Assembly (NCBI GenBank): GCA_044360435.1
Contig: JBIKKI010000002.1
Coordinates: 1 to 55,561, forward strand
DNA: 55,561 nucleotides
Reading direction: 5' to 3'
Source: Bacteroidia bacterium
Lineage (GTDB): Bacteria; Bacteroidota; Bacteroidia; NS11-12g; UBA955
Below, piece after piece: positions 36,590 to 46,970 of this stretch. Within the stretch, counting starts at the first letter, position 1, and each line of letters opens with the position of its first letter. A program made the translations under genes and the position numbers. Under the pieces are notes generated by a model. The model made no database searches, was not told the origin of the DNA, and saw only the letters and a program-made list of their open reading frames with translations.

Positions 36590-38260
36590 ATGAAAACCAC
36601 AAGCGGTCCCAGGGTGCTCCATGCGCCTACGGGCAATAAACTGAACTGCAAAGGCTGGGTGCAGGAAGCTGCATACCGCATGCTGCACAACAATCTGGAT
36701 CCTGATGTAGCAGAAAAGCCCGAGCAATTGATTGTATATGGTGGATTGGGCAAAGCCGCCCGCAACTGGGAAGCTTTTGACAACATTTGTAAAGCATTGC
36801 TTGACCTGGAGGATCATGAAACCCTGCTCATTCAGTCGGGTAAGCCGGTGGGTATTTTGCCAACGCATCCCGATGCACCGCGCGTATTGATATCGAACAG
36901 CCAACTGGTTCCCAATTGGGCGAACTGGGCGCATTTCCGTGAATTGGAAGCCAAAGGTTTGATGATGTACGGACAAATGACCGCTGGAAGCTGGATCTAT
37001 ATCGGCTCTCAGGGCATTGTGCAGGGAACCTATGAAACCTATGCAGAATGTGCGCGTCAGCATTTCGGCAGTAGCCTGAAAGGAACCCTGAATGTGACCG
37101 CAGGGCTTGGTGGTATGGGCGGTGCCCAGCCGCTGGCCATCACCATGAACGAGGGTGTGGCGCTGGTGGCAGAAGTGGAAGAATGGCGCATCCGTAAACG
37201 CCTGGAAACGCGTTACCTCGACCTGATGGCCCGCAGCGTGGACGAAGGTATCGACATGGCGCTTTCCGCGAAACAACAAGGACATGCCGTGTCCATTGGC
37301 GTGCTGTGTAATGCGGTAGATCTGCTGGAACGCATGCTGCAGCGCGGCATCAAACCCGATACGCTCACCGACCAGACCAGCGCCCATGATCCGCTGATTG
37401 GCTATTATCCAAACCACATGGATACAGAAACAGCCGACCGGCTGCGTGAACGTGACCCCGAGCAATACCTCGAGCTGAGTTATAAAACCATGGTTCGCCA
37501 CGTAGAACTGATGCTGGAATTCCAGAAGCAGGGAAGCATTGTGTTTGACTACGGAAACAACCTTCGTGGACGGGCCTTTGAAAAGGGCCTTACCCATGCG
37601 TTTGATTTCCCCGGTTTTGTTCCTGCATTCATCAGGCCTTTGTTCTGTGAAGGAAAAGGTCCGTTCCGCTGGGTAGCGCTGAGCGGCGATCCGGAGGATA
37701 TTTACACCACCGATCAGGTGATTCTGGATTTGTTTCCGGAGAACGAAAGCCTGCGTCGCTGGATGACGATGGCCAAGGAGAAGATCGAATTCCAGGGCTT
37801 GCCGGCCCGCATCTGCTGGCTGGGACAAGGCGAACGTGAAAAGGCGGGCCTTGCGTTCAACGAACTGGTGCGCAGCGGTAAGGTGAAGGCGCCGATCGTG
37901 ATTGGCCGCGACCATCTGGATACCGGTTCTGTGGCTTCTCCCAACCGCGAAACAGAAGCCATGCTCGACGGCAGCGATGCGGTTGCCGACTGGCCAATTC
38001 TAAATGCGCTGGTGAACACCGCCGGAGGTGCCAGCTGGGTGAGCCTGCATCATGGTGGCGGCGTGGGTATGGGATACAGCATTCACTCGGGAATGGTGAT
38101 TGTGGCCGATGGAACCGAAGCTGCAGAAGCCCGTTTGCGCCGTGTATTGCACAACGATCCGGGTATGGGCGTGATTCGTCACGCGGATGCAGGTTACGAG
38201 CTGGCCAAAAAGACCGCCCGCGAACACGGACTGGATCTTGGACAAAGACTGCACGAATAA
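36590..38260 (+). CDS. hutU: Urocanate hydratase
   Basis: The match to HutU is very clear: [49 protein letters not shown] ... [10 protein letters not shown] ... The start is set at the ATG at 36590 (MKTTSG). A near-consensus box GATATTTG ends 5 nt upstream of it. The track's TTG at 36572 overlaps that box. Confidence 0.95.
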   Translation: MKTTSGPRVLHAPTGNKLNCKGWVQEAAYRMLHNNLDPDVAEKPEQLIVYGGLGKAARNWEAFDNICKALLDLEDHETLLIQSGKPVGILPTHPDAPRVLISNSQLVPNWANWAHFRELEAKGLMMYGQMTAGSWIYIGSQGIVQGTYETYAECARQHFGSSLKGTLNVTAGLGGMGGAQPLAITMNEGVALVAEVEEWRIRKRLETRYLDLMARSVDEGIDMALSAKQQGHAVSIGVLCNAVDLLERMLQRGIKPDTLTDQTSAHDPLIGYYPNHMDTETADRLRERDPEQYLELSYKTMVRHVELMLEFQKQGSIVFDYGNNLRGRAFEKGLTHAFDFPGFVPAFIRPLFCEGKGPFRWVALSGDPEDIYTTDQVILDLFPENESLRRWMTMAKEKIEFQGLPARICWLGQGEREKAGLAFNELVRSGKVKAPIVIGRDHLDTGSVASPNRETEAMLDGSDAVADWPILNALVNTAGGASWVSLHHGGGVGMGYSIHSGMVIVADGTEAAEARLRRVLHNDPGMGVIRHADAGYELAKKTAREHGLDLGQRLHE

Positions 38261-38283
38261 GAATTTTCGCATGTGATAAGCAT

Positions 38284-38312
38284 AAAAAAACCGGCTCTGG
38301 GCCGGTTTTTTT
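38284..38312. terminator. Bidirectional intrinsic terminator between convergent hutU and the WG-repeat gene
   Basis: The sequence aaaaaaaccggc-tctgg-gccggttttttt forms a GC stem flanked by A7 and T7. Confidence 0.8.
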
Positions 38313-38328
38313 ATGGGTTGTATGTTGT

Positions 38329-40113
38329 TTAGTGACTCATTTCTTCAACAGCTTCCGGGGCAACTTCCGTGTTGTCGTATTCCATGTCGGATTCGGAACC
38401 TAAAGCACCCACGGCATTCAGGCTGCCCTGATAAGCCACCCGCAGTTCAATATTGTCTTCGTTGTAGCGCAGGATGGCCTGGTATTCACCAAACACCTTC
38501 ACTCCGTCAGAACTGTAACTGCTGTTCAGCTGGTAGCCGGCGGCGGCAAGGCGAGATTCCAGCTCATCACTCAGCTTCTTCGATTTGCTACCAAGCTTTC
38601 CATACAGCCTGATGTTCACGCTCATATACGTCAACATGGCGTTGTTGTTCAGGCCATAGCCGGTAACGGATTCATAAGGGTAGCCGTAAACGTATTCAGT
38701 AGTAGTGATGGGCTTCTTCACCTGGTCGTCGAAACCACATTCAATGCTCAGGCTCAGGTTTTCCAGGTCGTAGCGGTTTTTGGTGAAGCTGCTTCCATAA
38801 GGATAAAGGTCTTCTTCTGTCATTTCCAGCAGCTGCATCATCTGAGGCAAGGATTTGCCGGACATGCCATTGATTTTTTCCATGCCTGCGTTCTTCAGGA
38901 TGTTGCTGATGGTAGAAGCGGCATCAACGTAATCGCTGCTTACGGTTGGATAAATGCCGGTGAGCCAGGATTGGAGGAAACTTTCCAGGTATCTGGGAGC
39001 CTTGAAGCTCTTCTTGCTTACTTCTTTGCCTTGCTGGTCGATCAGGATGTAGTTGTCGCCGTCGCGGGCAAGTGTATTTTTATTGAAAAATGGCAGCAGG
39101 TCTTTGTATTCAGGGGCAATCAGTTCTTTACCTTCGAGATTCACAAATCCCCATTTCTTGTCTTCCTCCACCATAACCATCTTGTTGTAATAAATGGCAT
39201 TATCGTACTTGGCACGCAGGGCTATTTCTCCTTTTTTGTCCATAATGCCCCAACTTTCTCCGTCAGAAAAAGAGGCGTAATCCTGCATGAAGGGGAATAC
39301 ACGGGCAAAGTCTTTACGCGCTTTAATCACGCGTTCACCTTTAGGATCCATGAATCCCCACATATCTTTTTTCTTTTCTTCGTCGCTGGATTCTTCGTAG
39401 TAAGCAATCAGGCTGCAGGAAACAGAAGGCATCAATTTAGTTTTTTCTTTTGGCTCGAGCACGTATTTGCCGTCGGTGTCAATGATGCCCACTTTGCTGA
39501 TTTCCTTATAGCTGGAATCACCTGGATTTCCTTTTTTCTCCACTTCTTCTACCACCGCATAACCTTCACGGAAATCACCTGCAGAAGAGAATTTCGCCTT
39601 AATGACTACTTTTCCATTGCGGTCGATGTACCCCCATTTGCCTTCGCTGTTGCGGAAACGGGCCAGACCGCCGCGAAACTGTCCGGCTTCTTCCACAATT
39701 TTTCCGTCGGCTTCTTTCAGGCGAAATACCTCTTTGCCGCTTTTGTCGATGTAGCTGATGGGTTGATCAGGCTCAGCAACCGGTGCCAGGCCTTCCATGA
39801 AAAAGCCAACGGATTTATAGGTTTTCCCAATTTTGGCAGGTTTCTTTTCAATGGTGAAAAACTCGTAATTGCCGTCGGCATTTTCCACAGAAGTCATGCC
39901 TTCAAATACCAGTGATGGCTGTTTTTTCCATTCTCGGTCCACCACAATTTCTCCGGTTTCGAGGTCTAGAATGCTCCAGCGTTCTTCTCCATCTTCTTTG
40001 ATGGGAACGTAGCGAAGGGTAATGTCGTTGTTGCCCGGAAGGAACTTCCAGATGGCGAAGCCGGCCGCGGCTACTCCAACAACAATCAGGGCGATAATCA
40101 GGCCTTTTTTCAT
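38329..40113 (-). CDS. Membrane-anchored WG-repeat (KWG-type) protein
   Basis: The N-terminal TM is MKKGLIIALIVVGVAAAGFAIW. Repeated WG motifs include KWGYIDRNGKVVIKAKF, MWGFMDPKGERVIKARKDF, SWGIMDKKGEIALRAKYD and KWGFVNLEGKELIAPEYKD. The start is set at 40113. Confidence 0.8.
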   Translation of the reverse strand: MKKGLIIALIVVGVAAAGFAIWKFLPGNNDITLRYVPIKEDGEERWSILDLETGEIVVDREWKKQPSLVFEGMTSVENADGNYEFFTIEKKPAKIGKTYKSVGFFMEGLAPVAEPDQPISYIDKSGKEVFRLKEADGKIVEEAGQFRGGLARFRNSEGKWGYIDRNGKVVIKAKFSSAGDFREGYAVVEEVEKKGNPGDSSYKEISKVGIIDTDGKYVLEPKEKTKLMPSVSCSLIAYYEESSDEEKKKDMWGFMDPKGERVIKARKDFARVFPFMQDYASFSDGESWGIMDKKGEIALRAKYDNAIYYNKMVMVEEDKKWGFVNLEGKELIAPEYKDLLPFFNKNTLARDGDNYILIDQQGKEVSKKSFKAPRYLESFLQSWLTGIYPTVSSDYVDAASTISNILKNAGMEKINGMSGKSLPQMMQLLEMTEEDLYPYGSSFTKNRYDLENLSLSIECGFDDQVKKPITTTEYVYGYPYESVTGYGLNNNAMLTYMSVNIRLYGKLGSKSKKLSDELESRLAAAGYQLNSSYSSDGVKVFGEYQAILRYNEDNIELRVAYQGSLNAVGALGSESDMEYDNTEVAPEAVEEMSH

Positions 40114-40190
40114 AAGCGATTTTTTATAAGGACGTCGAAATAAGGTAAAAAAAATGGAGCAGCCAAAAAACACATTGGATTTTGGCGGAA

Positions 40191-40198
40191 TACCTTTG
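40191..40198 (+). promoter_or_regulatory. Candidate -7 box (TACCTTTG) for murB
   Basis: The sequence reads TACCTTTG-TATCT-GTG, a perfect TAnnTTTG match 5 nt before the murB GTG start. Confidence 0.4.
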
Positions 40199-40203
40199 TA
40201 TCT

Positions 40204-41217
40204 GTGATTCGCAGCAATGAGCCGCTTAAGTCGTTGAATACCTTTGGATTAGATGTGTCCTCACGGCTGTTTTATGCCTGCTCATCTCCCGAATCGTTGT
40301 CCAGCCTCTGGAAGTCGAACCTGTTTCAGCTCGCCTCACCGCTGGTTTTAGGTGGCGGAAGCAACATCCTGTTTACGCGTAATTATCATGGGTTGATATT
40401 AAAGAATATGATGCTGGGCAGGGAAGTGCTGCGCGAAACCTCCGAACATGTTTGGGTGCGTTTTGGTGGCGGCGAATGCTGGCACGATTGCGTGCAGTTT
40501 GCCATTGCCAACAACTGGGGCGGCATCGAAAACCTCAGCCTGATTCCGGGTTCCATTGGCGCCGCTCCTGTGCAGAACATCGGTGCTTATGGCGTGGAGC
40601 TGAAGGATTGTTTTGTGGAATTAAGTGCTTTTGACCTGGTGAACGGCACTGTGCAGACCTTCGACAAAGCCGACTGTGCGTTTGGGTATCGCGACAGTGT
40701 ATTTAAGCAGGAAGGGAAGGGCCGCTACTGCATCATTTCCGTAACTCTTCGCCTGCATAAAACCCATGACTTCCACACGCAATACGGCGACATTGGAGCC
40801 ATGCTGGATCAGATGGGCGTTACCACCCTGAGTATAAAGGCTGTTTCTGAAGCGGTGATTGCAATCAGACGCAGCAAACTGCCAGATCCGGAACAATTGG
40901 GAAACTGCGGCAGCTTTTTCAAGAATCCGTTGGTAGCAACAGCTCATTTTGAGTCGCTGAGGGAACGTTTCCCCGACATTCGTTCGTTTCCGGCGGGCGC
41001 AGGAATGGTAAAGGTTCCCGCAGGCTGGCTGATTGAAAAAGATGGCTGGAAGGGCAAACGCGTGGGCAATACAGGTTGTCATGAAAAACAGGCGCTGGTG
41101 CTGGTGAATTACGGAAATGCCACCGGTGCAGAAGTGGCGGCGCATGCCGCACGCATTGTGGATTCTGTGGAAGCGCATTTTGGCATCAGGCTGGAAACAG
41201 AAGTAAACATCATCTGA
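40204..41217 (+). CDS. murB: UDP-N-acetylenolpyruvoylglucosamine reductase
   Basis: The N-terminus LKSLNTFGLDVSS parallels E. coli MurB (LKPWNTFGID). It has an FAD-binding domain (GGGSNILF). The length is 337 aa and the start codon is GTG. Confidence 0.92.
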   Translation: MIRSNEPLKSLNTFGLDVSSRLFYACSSPESLSSLWKSNLFQLASPLVLGGGSNILFTRNYHGLILKNMMLGREVLRETSEHVWVRFGGGECWHDCVQFAIANNWGGIENLSLIPGSIGAAPVQNIGAYGVELKDCFVELSAFDLVNGTVQTFDKADCAFGYRDSVFKQEGKGRYCIISVTLRLHKTHDFHTQYGDIGAMLDQMGVTTLSIKAVSEAVIAIRRSKLPDPEQLGNCGSFFKNPLVATAHFESLRERFPDIRSFPAGAGMVKVPAGWLIEKDGWKGKRVGNTGCHEKQALVLVNYGNATGAEVAAHAARIVDSVEAHFGIRLETEVNII

Positions 41218-41897
41218 TGCGTCCGGAACCGGAAGTGATTTATGAAGACAACCACCTCCTGGCGGTGAATAAACCGGCCGGAATGCCTGTTCAGGGCGAC
41301 CAGACCGGCGATGAGCACCTGCTGCAATGGGCTGCCGCCTACCTGAAGCACAAATACCAGAAACCCGGTGACGCTTTTGTGGGTCTGATTCATCGTTTGG
41401 ACCGGCCGGTGAGCGGTATTGTGGTTTTGGCGAAAACCAGCAAGGCGCTGGCACGCATGAATGAGTTGTTCCGCAGCCGGAATATTGAAAAGGAATACCG
41501 CGCTTTATGCACCCGACCACTTCCGGAGGCATCCGGGAAGCTCGAGCATTTTCTGGATAAAGACACCCGAAACAACCGGGCCATCGTGTACCGGAAAGAA
41601 AAACCCGGCGCCAAGCCCGCCATGCTGGAATATGAGCTCATCAAAAGCTGGGACGGCAATTACCTGTACAAAGTGTTGCCCCACAGCGGGCGCTTTCATC
41701 AAATCCGGGCCCAGCTTGCATTTAGTGGCGCGCCCATTGTTGGCGACCTGAAGTATGGCTATCCGGTGCCGAATCCCGATAAGAGCATTTGCCTTCATGC
41801 GGCTGCATTGCGGTTTATGCACCCCATCCGTAATACGCCATTGGAATTGGAAGCAGCTTTGCCCAAAGGCCCGATCTGGCGCATGTTGCGGAGCTAA
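41217..41897 (+). CDS. RluA-family pseudouridine synthase
   Basis: Family segments are VIYEDNHLLAVNKPAGMPV and the catalytic motif HRLDRPVSGIVVLAKT. Its start overlaps the murB stop (TGATG). Confidence 0.88.
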   Translation: MRPEPEVIYEDNHLLAVNKPAGMPVQGDQTGDEHLLQWAAAYLKHKYQKPGDAFVGLIHRLDRPVSGIVVLAKTSKALARMNELFRSRNIEKEYRALCTRPLPEASGKLEHFLDKDTRNNRAIVYRKEKPGAKPAMLEYELIKSWDGNYLYKVLPHSGRFHQIRAQLAFSGAPIVGDLKYGYPVPNPDKSICLHAAALRFMHPIRNTPLELEAALPKGPIWRMLRS

Positions 41898-41980
41898 TCG
41901 AAGAAATAATCCATGTGAACCAAATAAGATCGTTTATGATGGTCTGAAATTTTGTTAATGCGTATTTTGCCGCTCATTCT

Positions 41981-44158
41981 ATGAATTTACGGTATTTAAA
42001 ACAAGATGTTCCTGCGGGTTTAGTGGTTTTTCTGGTCGCGCTTCCTTTGTGTCTGGGCGTGGCTTTGGCCAGTGGGGCACCGCTTCTGTCCGGCATTGTT
42101 GCCGGCGTGGTTGGTGGGACCATAGTTGCCGTAATCAGTGGTTCGCAAACAAGTGTCAGCGGACCCGCTGCCGGCCTCACGGCGGTTGTGCTCGCAGGCA
42201 TTACCCAGCTGGGTTCCTTCGAAGTGTTTTTGAGTGCGGTGGTGCTTGCCGGCTTGATTCAGTTGTTGTTCGGCATCATCAAGTTGGGATTTATTGCCGA
42301 TTATATGCCCAGCAACGTCATTAAAGGTTTACTTTCTGCCATCGGCATCATCCTGATTCTTAAACAGATACCGCATGCCATCGGGTACGATGCCGTACCG
42401 GAAGGAGATTTTAGTTTTAATCAGCAGGATGGAAAGGACACCTTTTCGGAGTTGCTGAATATGTTGAACTATGTGTCCCCAGGGGCGGTAATCCTGAGTG
42501 TGCTGAGTTTGCTCATCATGGTCGTGTGGGACAAAACGCCCATGCGGAAATGGAACCTGCTTCCCGCACCATTGTTTGTGGTGGTTTTGGGTGTGGTATT
42601 AAATGTGGTATTCATCAAATGGTTTCCAGACCTGGCTATCTTGAAAGATGAACACCTGGTGCGCATTCCTGAAATTAAAGCCAGTTCGCTCCTGCATCTT
42701 CCCGATGTGCAGCATCTGCAAAACTCCATGGTTTGGATGGTGGCACTAACGGTTGCCCTGGTGGCGTCTATTGAAACGCTGCTGAATGTTGAAGCGGTGG
42801 ACAGGATTGATCCCCATAAGCGCGAAACGCCGACCAACCGGGAGTTGATTGCCCAGGGAACAGGCAATATCTTTTCAGGACTGCTGGGCGGCATTCCGGT
42901 TACATCCGTAATTGTGCGCAGCTCAGTGAATATTTCTGCAGGTGCCATGACCAAAATGTCGGCCATCGTTCACGGTATCTTCCTGATCTTGAGCGTATTG
43001 TTTTTGGGAAGCCTGATAAATTTGATTCCTCTGTCGGTTCTCGCTGCTGTTTTGATCGTTACGGGTTATAAGCTGGCGAAGGTTTCCATCTTTACCGAAA
43101 TGTACCGCAAGGGCTGGGATCAGTTTGTTCCGTTCCTGGTTACCATTTTAGCCATCATATTCACCGATTTGCTGAAAGGCGTGATGGTGGGAACTGTAGT
43201 GAGTTTGTTTTTTATCCTTCGTTCCAATTTCCGCAATCCCTTTGTTCGGGAAACCCAAGTGATGCACATTGGTGAGGTGATTCGTCTGGAGTTGCCCAAT
43301 CAGGTATCTTTTCTGAATCGTGCATCCATCAAGCGGACTTTATGGGGCATACAACCGAATTCGAAGGTGGTGATCGATGCCAGTGCTTCTGATTACATTG
43401 ATCAGGATGTTTTGGAACTCATCAGGGATTTTATTGAAACCTATGCACCGGAGCATCAGATTCAGGTGAATGTTTTTGGATTGGAACGGCACAATGCGGT
43501 GCGCGATTTGGTTCAGTTTCAGGAGGTGCTTGATGCGGAAACCCGTTCGAAACTTACCCCCGAGCGTGTACTTGAGCTGATGAAGATCGGTAACGAGCGA
43601 TTCTTGAAGGGCCGTGATTCCGGCCGCAGGCACCAGGCGCAGGTAAGTCAAACGGCAAGTGGACAGGCTCCGATGGCAGCCATCGTGAGCTGTATTGACT
43701 CACGCACGTCTCCGGAAATCACCTTCGATGCAAACCTGGGCGACTACCTCGCCATACGGAATGCCGGCAACGTGATGACCGCCGATGCATTGGGTAGTAT
43801 CGAAGTGGCCGTGAAGCATCTGGGTGTAAAACTTGTGGTGGTAAAAAGCCATGCCGATTGTGGCGCGGTAAAGCTGGCCATGCTGGGAGAAAAGAGTGGT
43901 AACATCCACCACGTGACCGATCAGATTGGGATGGCTGTTCAGGCTTGTGGCTGCACCCAGCCGCATCCGGACGTAAAAGATTCAGCCCTGGTAAATAAGG
44001 TTGCGCAGCAAAACGCACAACTCTCAGTGCAACGCATGCTCGAATCGAGTGCCTATCTCAAGGAAATGCTGGAATCCGGGAAGATTGGGATTGTATGCGC
44101 TTTCCACGACATCCGCAATGGCAAGGTTCATTTTGAACCCCTGATGAAAGGCGTTTAA
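41981..44158 (+). CDS. Bifunctional SulP-family anion transporter / beta-carbonic anhydrase fusion
   Basis: The N-terminal SulP membrane domain starts DVPAGLVVFLVALPLCLGVALASGAP. A STAS-like linker follows. The C-terminal beta-CA carries the zinc ligands CIDSR and HADCGAV. Confidence 0.9.
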   Translation: MNLRYLKQDVPAGLVVFLVALPLCLGVALASGAPLLSGIVAGVVGGTIVAVISGSQTSVSGPAAGLTAVVLAGITQLGSFEVFLSAVVLAGLIQLLFGIIKLGFIADYMPSNVIKGLLSAIGIILILKQIPHAIGYDAVPEGDFSFNQQDGKDTFSELLNMLNYVSPGAVILSVLSLLIMVVWDKTPMRKWNLLPAPLFVVVLGVVLNVVFIKWFPDLAILKDEHLVRIPEIKASSLLHLPDVQHLQNSMVWMVALTVALVASIETLLNVEAVDRIDPHKRETPTNRELIAQGTGNIFSGLLGGIPVTSVIVRSSVNISAGAMTKMSAIVHGIFLILSVLFLGSLINLIPLSVLAAVLIVTGYKLAKVSIFTEMYRKGWDQFVPFLVTILAIIFTDLLKGVMVGTVVSLFFILRSNFRNPFVRETQVMHIGEVIRLELPNQVSFLNRASIKRTLWGIQPNSKVVIDASASDYIDQDVLELIRDFIETYAPEHQIQVNVFGLERHNAVRDLVQFQEVLDAETRSKLTPERVLELMKIGNERFLKGRDSGRRHQAQVSQTASGQAPMAAIVSCIDSRTSPEITFDANLGDYLAIRNAGNVMTADALGSIEVAVKHLGVKLVVVKSHADCGAVKLAMLGEKSGNIHHVTDQIGMAVQACGCTQPHPDVKDSALVNKVAQQNAQLSVQRMLESSAYLKEMLESGKIGIVCAFHDIRNGKVHFEPLMKGV

Positions 44159-44161
44159 GCC

Positions 44162-44824
44162 TCAATTCGGGAGCTGATAGGTTTTACCCGGCCCGGGCCA
44201 AGCCATTAGTCCGTTCAGGTCGGGAAGCAACTGAAAAAGGTTTTCTTCCGTGATGTTGTCCAGATCCACAAAGTAGCATTGTTTGCCGCCGTCGTGGGTG
44301 TAGCCGAGCAGGAAGCCTTCATTCATGTTTCTTTTACCCTGAATGGTCAGGTACATTTTTTTCGGCAGCAAGGCATAATACGTCCCTGAACGTTCTGCCA
44401 TGTTGCTTACATTCAGTACCACCAGACTGTCGATCCGTATCTGCTGTTGTTCCAGGTAGGCATCTTCTTTTTTCAGGCGCTCAACCACTTTCTTGCGATG
44501 CGCTTCGTTGGTACTCATTCCAGGCACTACGGCGTAGCGAAGAAATTGCTCGTAATCTTTGTGGTTGTGTGCGTTTTTCATGGCGATAGCCTGGGCAAAA
44601 AACAGCGACTCCAGCGTGGGTTCTTTGATGTTTCGACGTCCTTCAGTGTTTTTGGGTGTGCCCATTTCCAATGTAGGGTCGGCAGGAGTTTTTGCGCCGC
44701 TTGCACCCCATTGCGGTGCAGATTTTTTGGTGCTGTCTTTCTGTGTGGGCGAATCCGTTCTGGTGCAGGCTCCAATGAGCAAAAGCAGAAACAAAGAAGG
44801 GAAGGCCGTGCGCATCAGCTGCAT
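44162..44824 (-). CDS. Hypothetical lipoprotein
   Basis: It has a signal peptide with a lipobox-like LLLIGAC. I recognised no domain. The near-consensus box TTAATTTG lies 7 nt upstream of the first ATG. Confidence 0.5.
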   Translation of the reverse strand: MQLMRTAFPSLFLLLLIGACTRTDSPTQKDSTKKSAPQWGASGAKTPADPTLEMGTPKNTEGRRNIKEPTLESLFFAQAIAMKNAHNHKDYEQFLRYAVVPGMSTNEAHRKKVVERLKKEDAYLEQQQIRIDSLVVLNVSNMAERSGTYYALLPKKMYLTIQGKRNMNEGFLLGYTHDGGKQCYFVDLDNITEENLFQLLPDLNGLMAWPGPGKTYQLPN

Positions 44825-44861
44825 AACGCTGCAAATTAAATGGTGATTGTATCTTTCAAAT

Positions 44862-44893
44862 AAAAAAGCCGCTCAGGAATATTCCGGAGCGGC
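44862..44893 (-). terminator. Rho-independent terminator of dnaK
   Basis: On the minus strand the stem is gccgctccgg / cctgagcggc (10 bp with 1 mismatch), the loop is aatatt, and TTTTTT follows. It lies 24 nt after the dnaK stop. Confidence 0.78.
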
Positions 44894-44916
44894 CTTCTTA
44901 GTGCTGTCAATGAGGT

Positions 44917-46827
44917 TTACTTCACTTCTTCGAAATCAACATCCTGCACGGTGCTGTCGCCTGCATTTCCGGAATCACCCTTGTTTGTGGTGTTTCCATC
45001 GGTAGCGCTGGTTTCCTGAGCAGCCTTGTACATGTCCTCGCTGGCAGCCTGCCACGCCTGATTGAGCGCTTCCACAGCGCTGTCGATTGCGGACAGGTCT
45101 TTGCTTTCGTGCGCTGTTTTCAGCGTAGCAAGGGCCGTTTCGATGTTGGTCTTCTTCTCTGCGGGAATCTTATCGCCGTATTCTTTCAGTTGTTTTTCGG
45201 TACTGAAAATCAGAGAATCGGCCTGGTTCAGTTTGTCGGCTTCTTCTTTACGCTGACGGTCTGCCTCTGCGTTATCGGTGGCTTCGCGTTTCATGCGTTC
45301 AATTTCATCCTGGCTAAGACCGGTGCTGGCTTCAATCCTGATTTTCTGTTCTTTGCCGGTGGCTTTGTCTTTTGCTGTTACGCTGAGAATGCCGTTGGCA
45401 TCGATGTCGAAGGTGACTTCAATTTGAGGAACGCTGCGGGGTGCCGGTGGGATTCCGTCCAGGTGGAAGCGACCGATGGTTTTGTTGTCACGTGCCATTG
45501 GGCGTTCGCCCTGCAATACATGGATTTCCACACTTGGCTGATTGTCGGCAGCGGTGGTGAAGGTTTCCGTTTTCCGGGTAGGAATGGTGGTATTGCTTTC
45601 AATCATTTTGGTCATCACGTTGCCCATGGTTTCGATACCCAGGCTCAGCGGGGTAACGTCCAGCAGCAGGATATCCTTCACTTCTCCTGTAAGTACTGCG
45701 CCCTGCAATGCCGCGCCAACAGCTACCACTTCGTCGGGGTTTACACCTTTGCCGGGCGCTCTTCCGAAGAAATCTTCAACCAATTTTTGGATGGCCGGGA
45801 TGCGCGTGGAACCACCCACAAGGATTACTTCATCGATGTCGGAAGGATTCATGCCTGCATCGGACAGCGCCTTTTTACAAGGTTCCAGGGTACGGCGAAT
45901 CAGGCTGTCAGCCAGTTGTTCAAACTTCGACCTGGACAGTTTGCGCACCAGGTGCTTCGGCATGCCGTCAACAGCAGTAATGTAAGGCAGGTTGATTTCG
46001 GTTTCGGTGCTTGAAGAAAGCTCGATTTTTGCCTTTTCGGCAGCTTCCTTGAGCCTTTGCAGGGCCATTGGGTCCTTGCGCAGGTCAAGGTTCTCTTCAT
46101 TGCGGAACTCATCGGCAAGCCAGTCAATGATTACCTGGTCGAAATCGTCGCCACCCAAGTGGGTGTCGCCATTGGTGCTTTTCACTTCAAATACACCTTC
46201 GCCGAGTTCGAGCACGGAAATGTCAAATGTTCCGCCACCCAAATCGTACACCGCAATTTTCATGTCGCGGTTTTTCTTATCCATCCCATAAGCCAGGGCT
46301 GCTGCTGTTGGCTCGTTGATGATGCGTTCTACCTTGAGTCCTGCAATTTCACCTGCTTCTTTGGTAGCCTGACGGCTGGCATCGTCGAAATAGGCCGGTA
46401 CGGTAATAACGGCACGCGTGATTTCGTGACCCAGATAATCTTCTGCGGTTTTCTTCATTTTCTGAAGAATCATGGCGCTGAGTTCCTGAGGCGTGTACAA
46501 ACGGTCGCCAATACGCACACGGGGTGTATCGTTGTCGCCCTGAACCACTTCATAAGGAACGCGTTCGGTTTCTGTTTTTACTTTTGAAAAACGCTCACCC
46601 ATGAACCTTTTAATGGACATGATGGTGTTTTTCGGATTGATGATGGCCTGACGCTTAGCCGGGTCTCCCACTTTGCGTTCGCCGTTGCCATTGTCCATGA
46701 ATGCCACTACGGATGGAGTGGTGCGGCGCCCTTCGCTGTTGGGAATCACCACGGGTTCGTTGCCTTCCATTACAGCTACGCAGCTGTTGGTTGTGCCAAG
46801 ATCAATTCCAATGATTTTGTTGCTCAT
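44917..46827 (-). CDS. dnaK: Molecular chaperone DnaK (Hsp70)
   Basis: The sequence [22 protein letters not shown]...[10 protein letters not shown]...[11 protein letters not shown] is an unambiguous Hsp70. The start is set at 46827. Confidence 0.98.
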   Translation of the reverse strand: MSNKIIGIDLGTTNSCVAVMEGNEPVVIPNSEGRRTTPSVVAFMDNGNGERKVGDPAKRQAIINPKNTIMSIKRFMGERFSKVKTETERVPYEVVQGDNDTPRVRIGDRLYTPQELSAMILQKMKKTAEDYLGHEITRAVITVPAYFDDASRQATKEAGEIAGLKVERIINEPTAAALAYGMDKKNRDMKIAVYDLGGGTFDISVLELGEGVFEVKSTNGDTHLGGDDFDQVIIDWLADEFRNEENLDLRKDPMALQRLKEAAEKAKIELSSSTETEINLPYITAVDGMPKHLVRKLSRSKFEQLADSLIRRTLEPCKKALSDAGMNPSDIDEVILVGGSTRIPAIQKLVEDFFGRAPGKGVNPDEVVAVGAALQGAVLTGEVKDILLLDVTPLSLGIETMGNVMTKMIESNTTIPTRKTETFTTAADNQPSVEIHVLQGERPMARDNKTIGRFHLDGIPPAPRSVPQIEVTFDIDANGILSVTAKDKATGKEQKIRIEASTGLSQDEIERMKREATDNAEADRQRKEEADKLNQADSLIFSTEKQLKEYGDKIPAEKKTNIETALATLKTAHESKDLSAIDSAVEALNQAWQAASEDMYKAAQETSATDGNTTNKGDSGNAGDSTVQDVDFEEVK

Positions 46828-46970
46828 GTTTATTCCTTTTCCGCTATCTTTCAATAGAAGTGCCAAAGGCATTTCCTGACAGTAAACCGGGGAAACAGCG
46901 ATGAAATCCGCCTAATTGTCAGCTAAGGTGTCTTTCTCATCAAAGATGCTGACCTTCTGGCTTCAGGATG

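Noticed and set aside
36536-37915. A 459-aa ORF antisense to hutU
   Set aside because: The sense strand is an unmistakable urocanase. The antisense product is compositionally odd (H/R/F/Q-rich) with no motif, so it is a typical shadow ORF.
38971-39915. A 314-aa ORF antisense to the WG-repeat gene
   Set aside because: It mirrors a repetitive K/E/G-rich sense gene and gives an F-rich, low-complexity product. The sense strand has clear WG repeats and an N-terminal TM.
40621-41532. A 303-aa minus-strand ORF across murB and the rluA-family gene
   Set aside because: Both sense genes carry diagnostic motifs, and the antisense frame spans their junction. It is a shadow ORF.
45109-46014. A 301-aa ORF, plus several shorter ones, antisense to dnaK
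   Set aside because: Long antisense frames are a known compositional artefact of hsp70 genes. I saw no motif, start context or promoter box.
46828-46970. A CIRCE-type inverted repeat or other heat-shock operator upstream of dnaK
   Set aside because: Only short 5-6-bp inverted repeats (CTGACA/TGTCAG) are present, and nothing resembles TTAGCACTC-N9-GAGTGCTAA. A one-mismatch -7 box (TGCCTTTG) sits 38 nt upstream.
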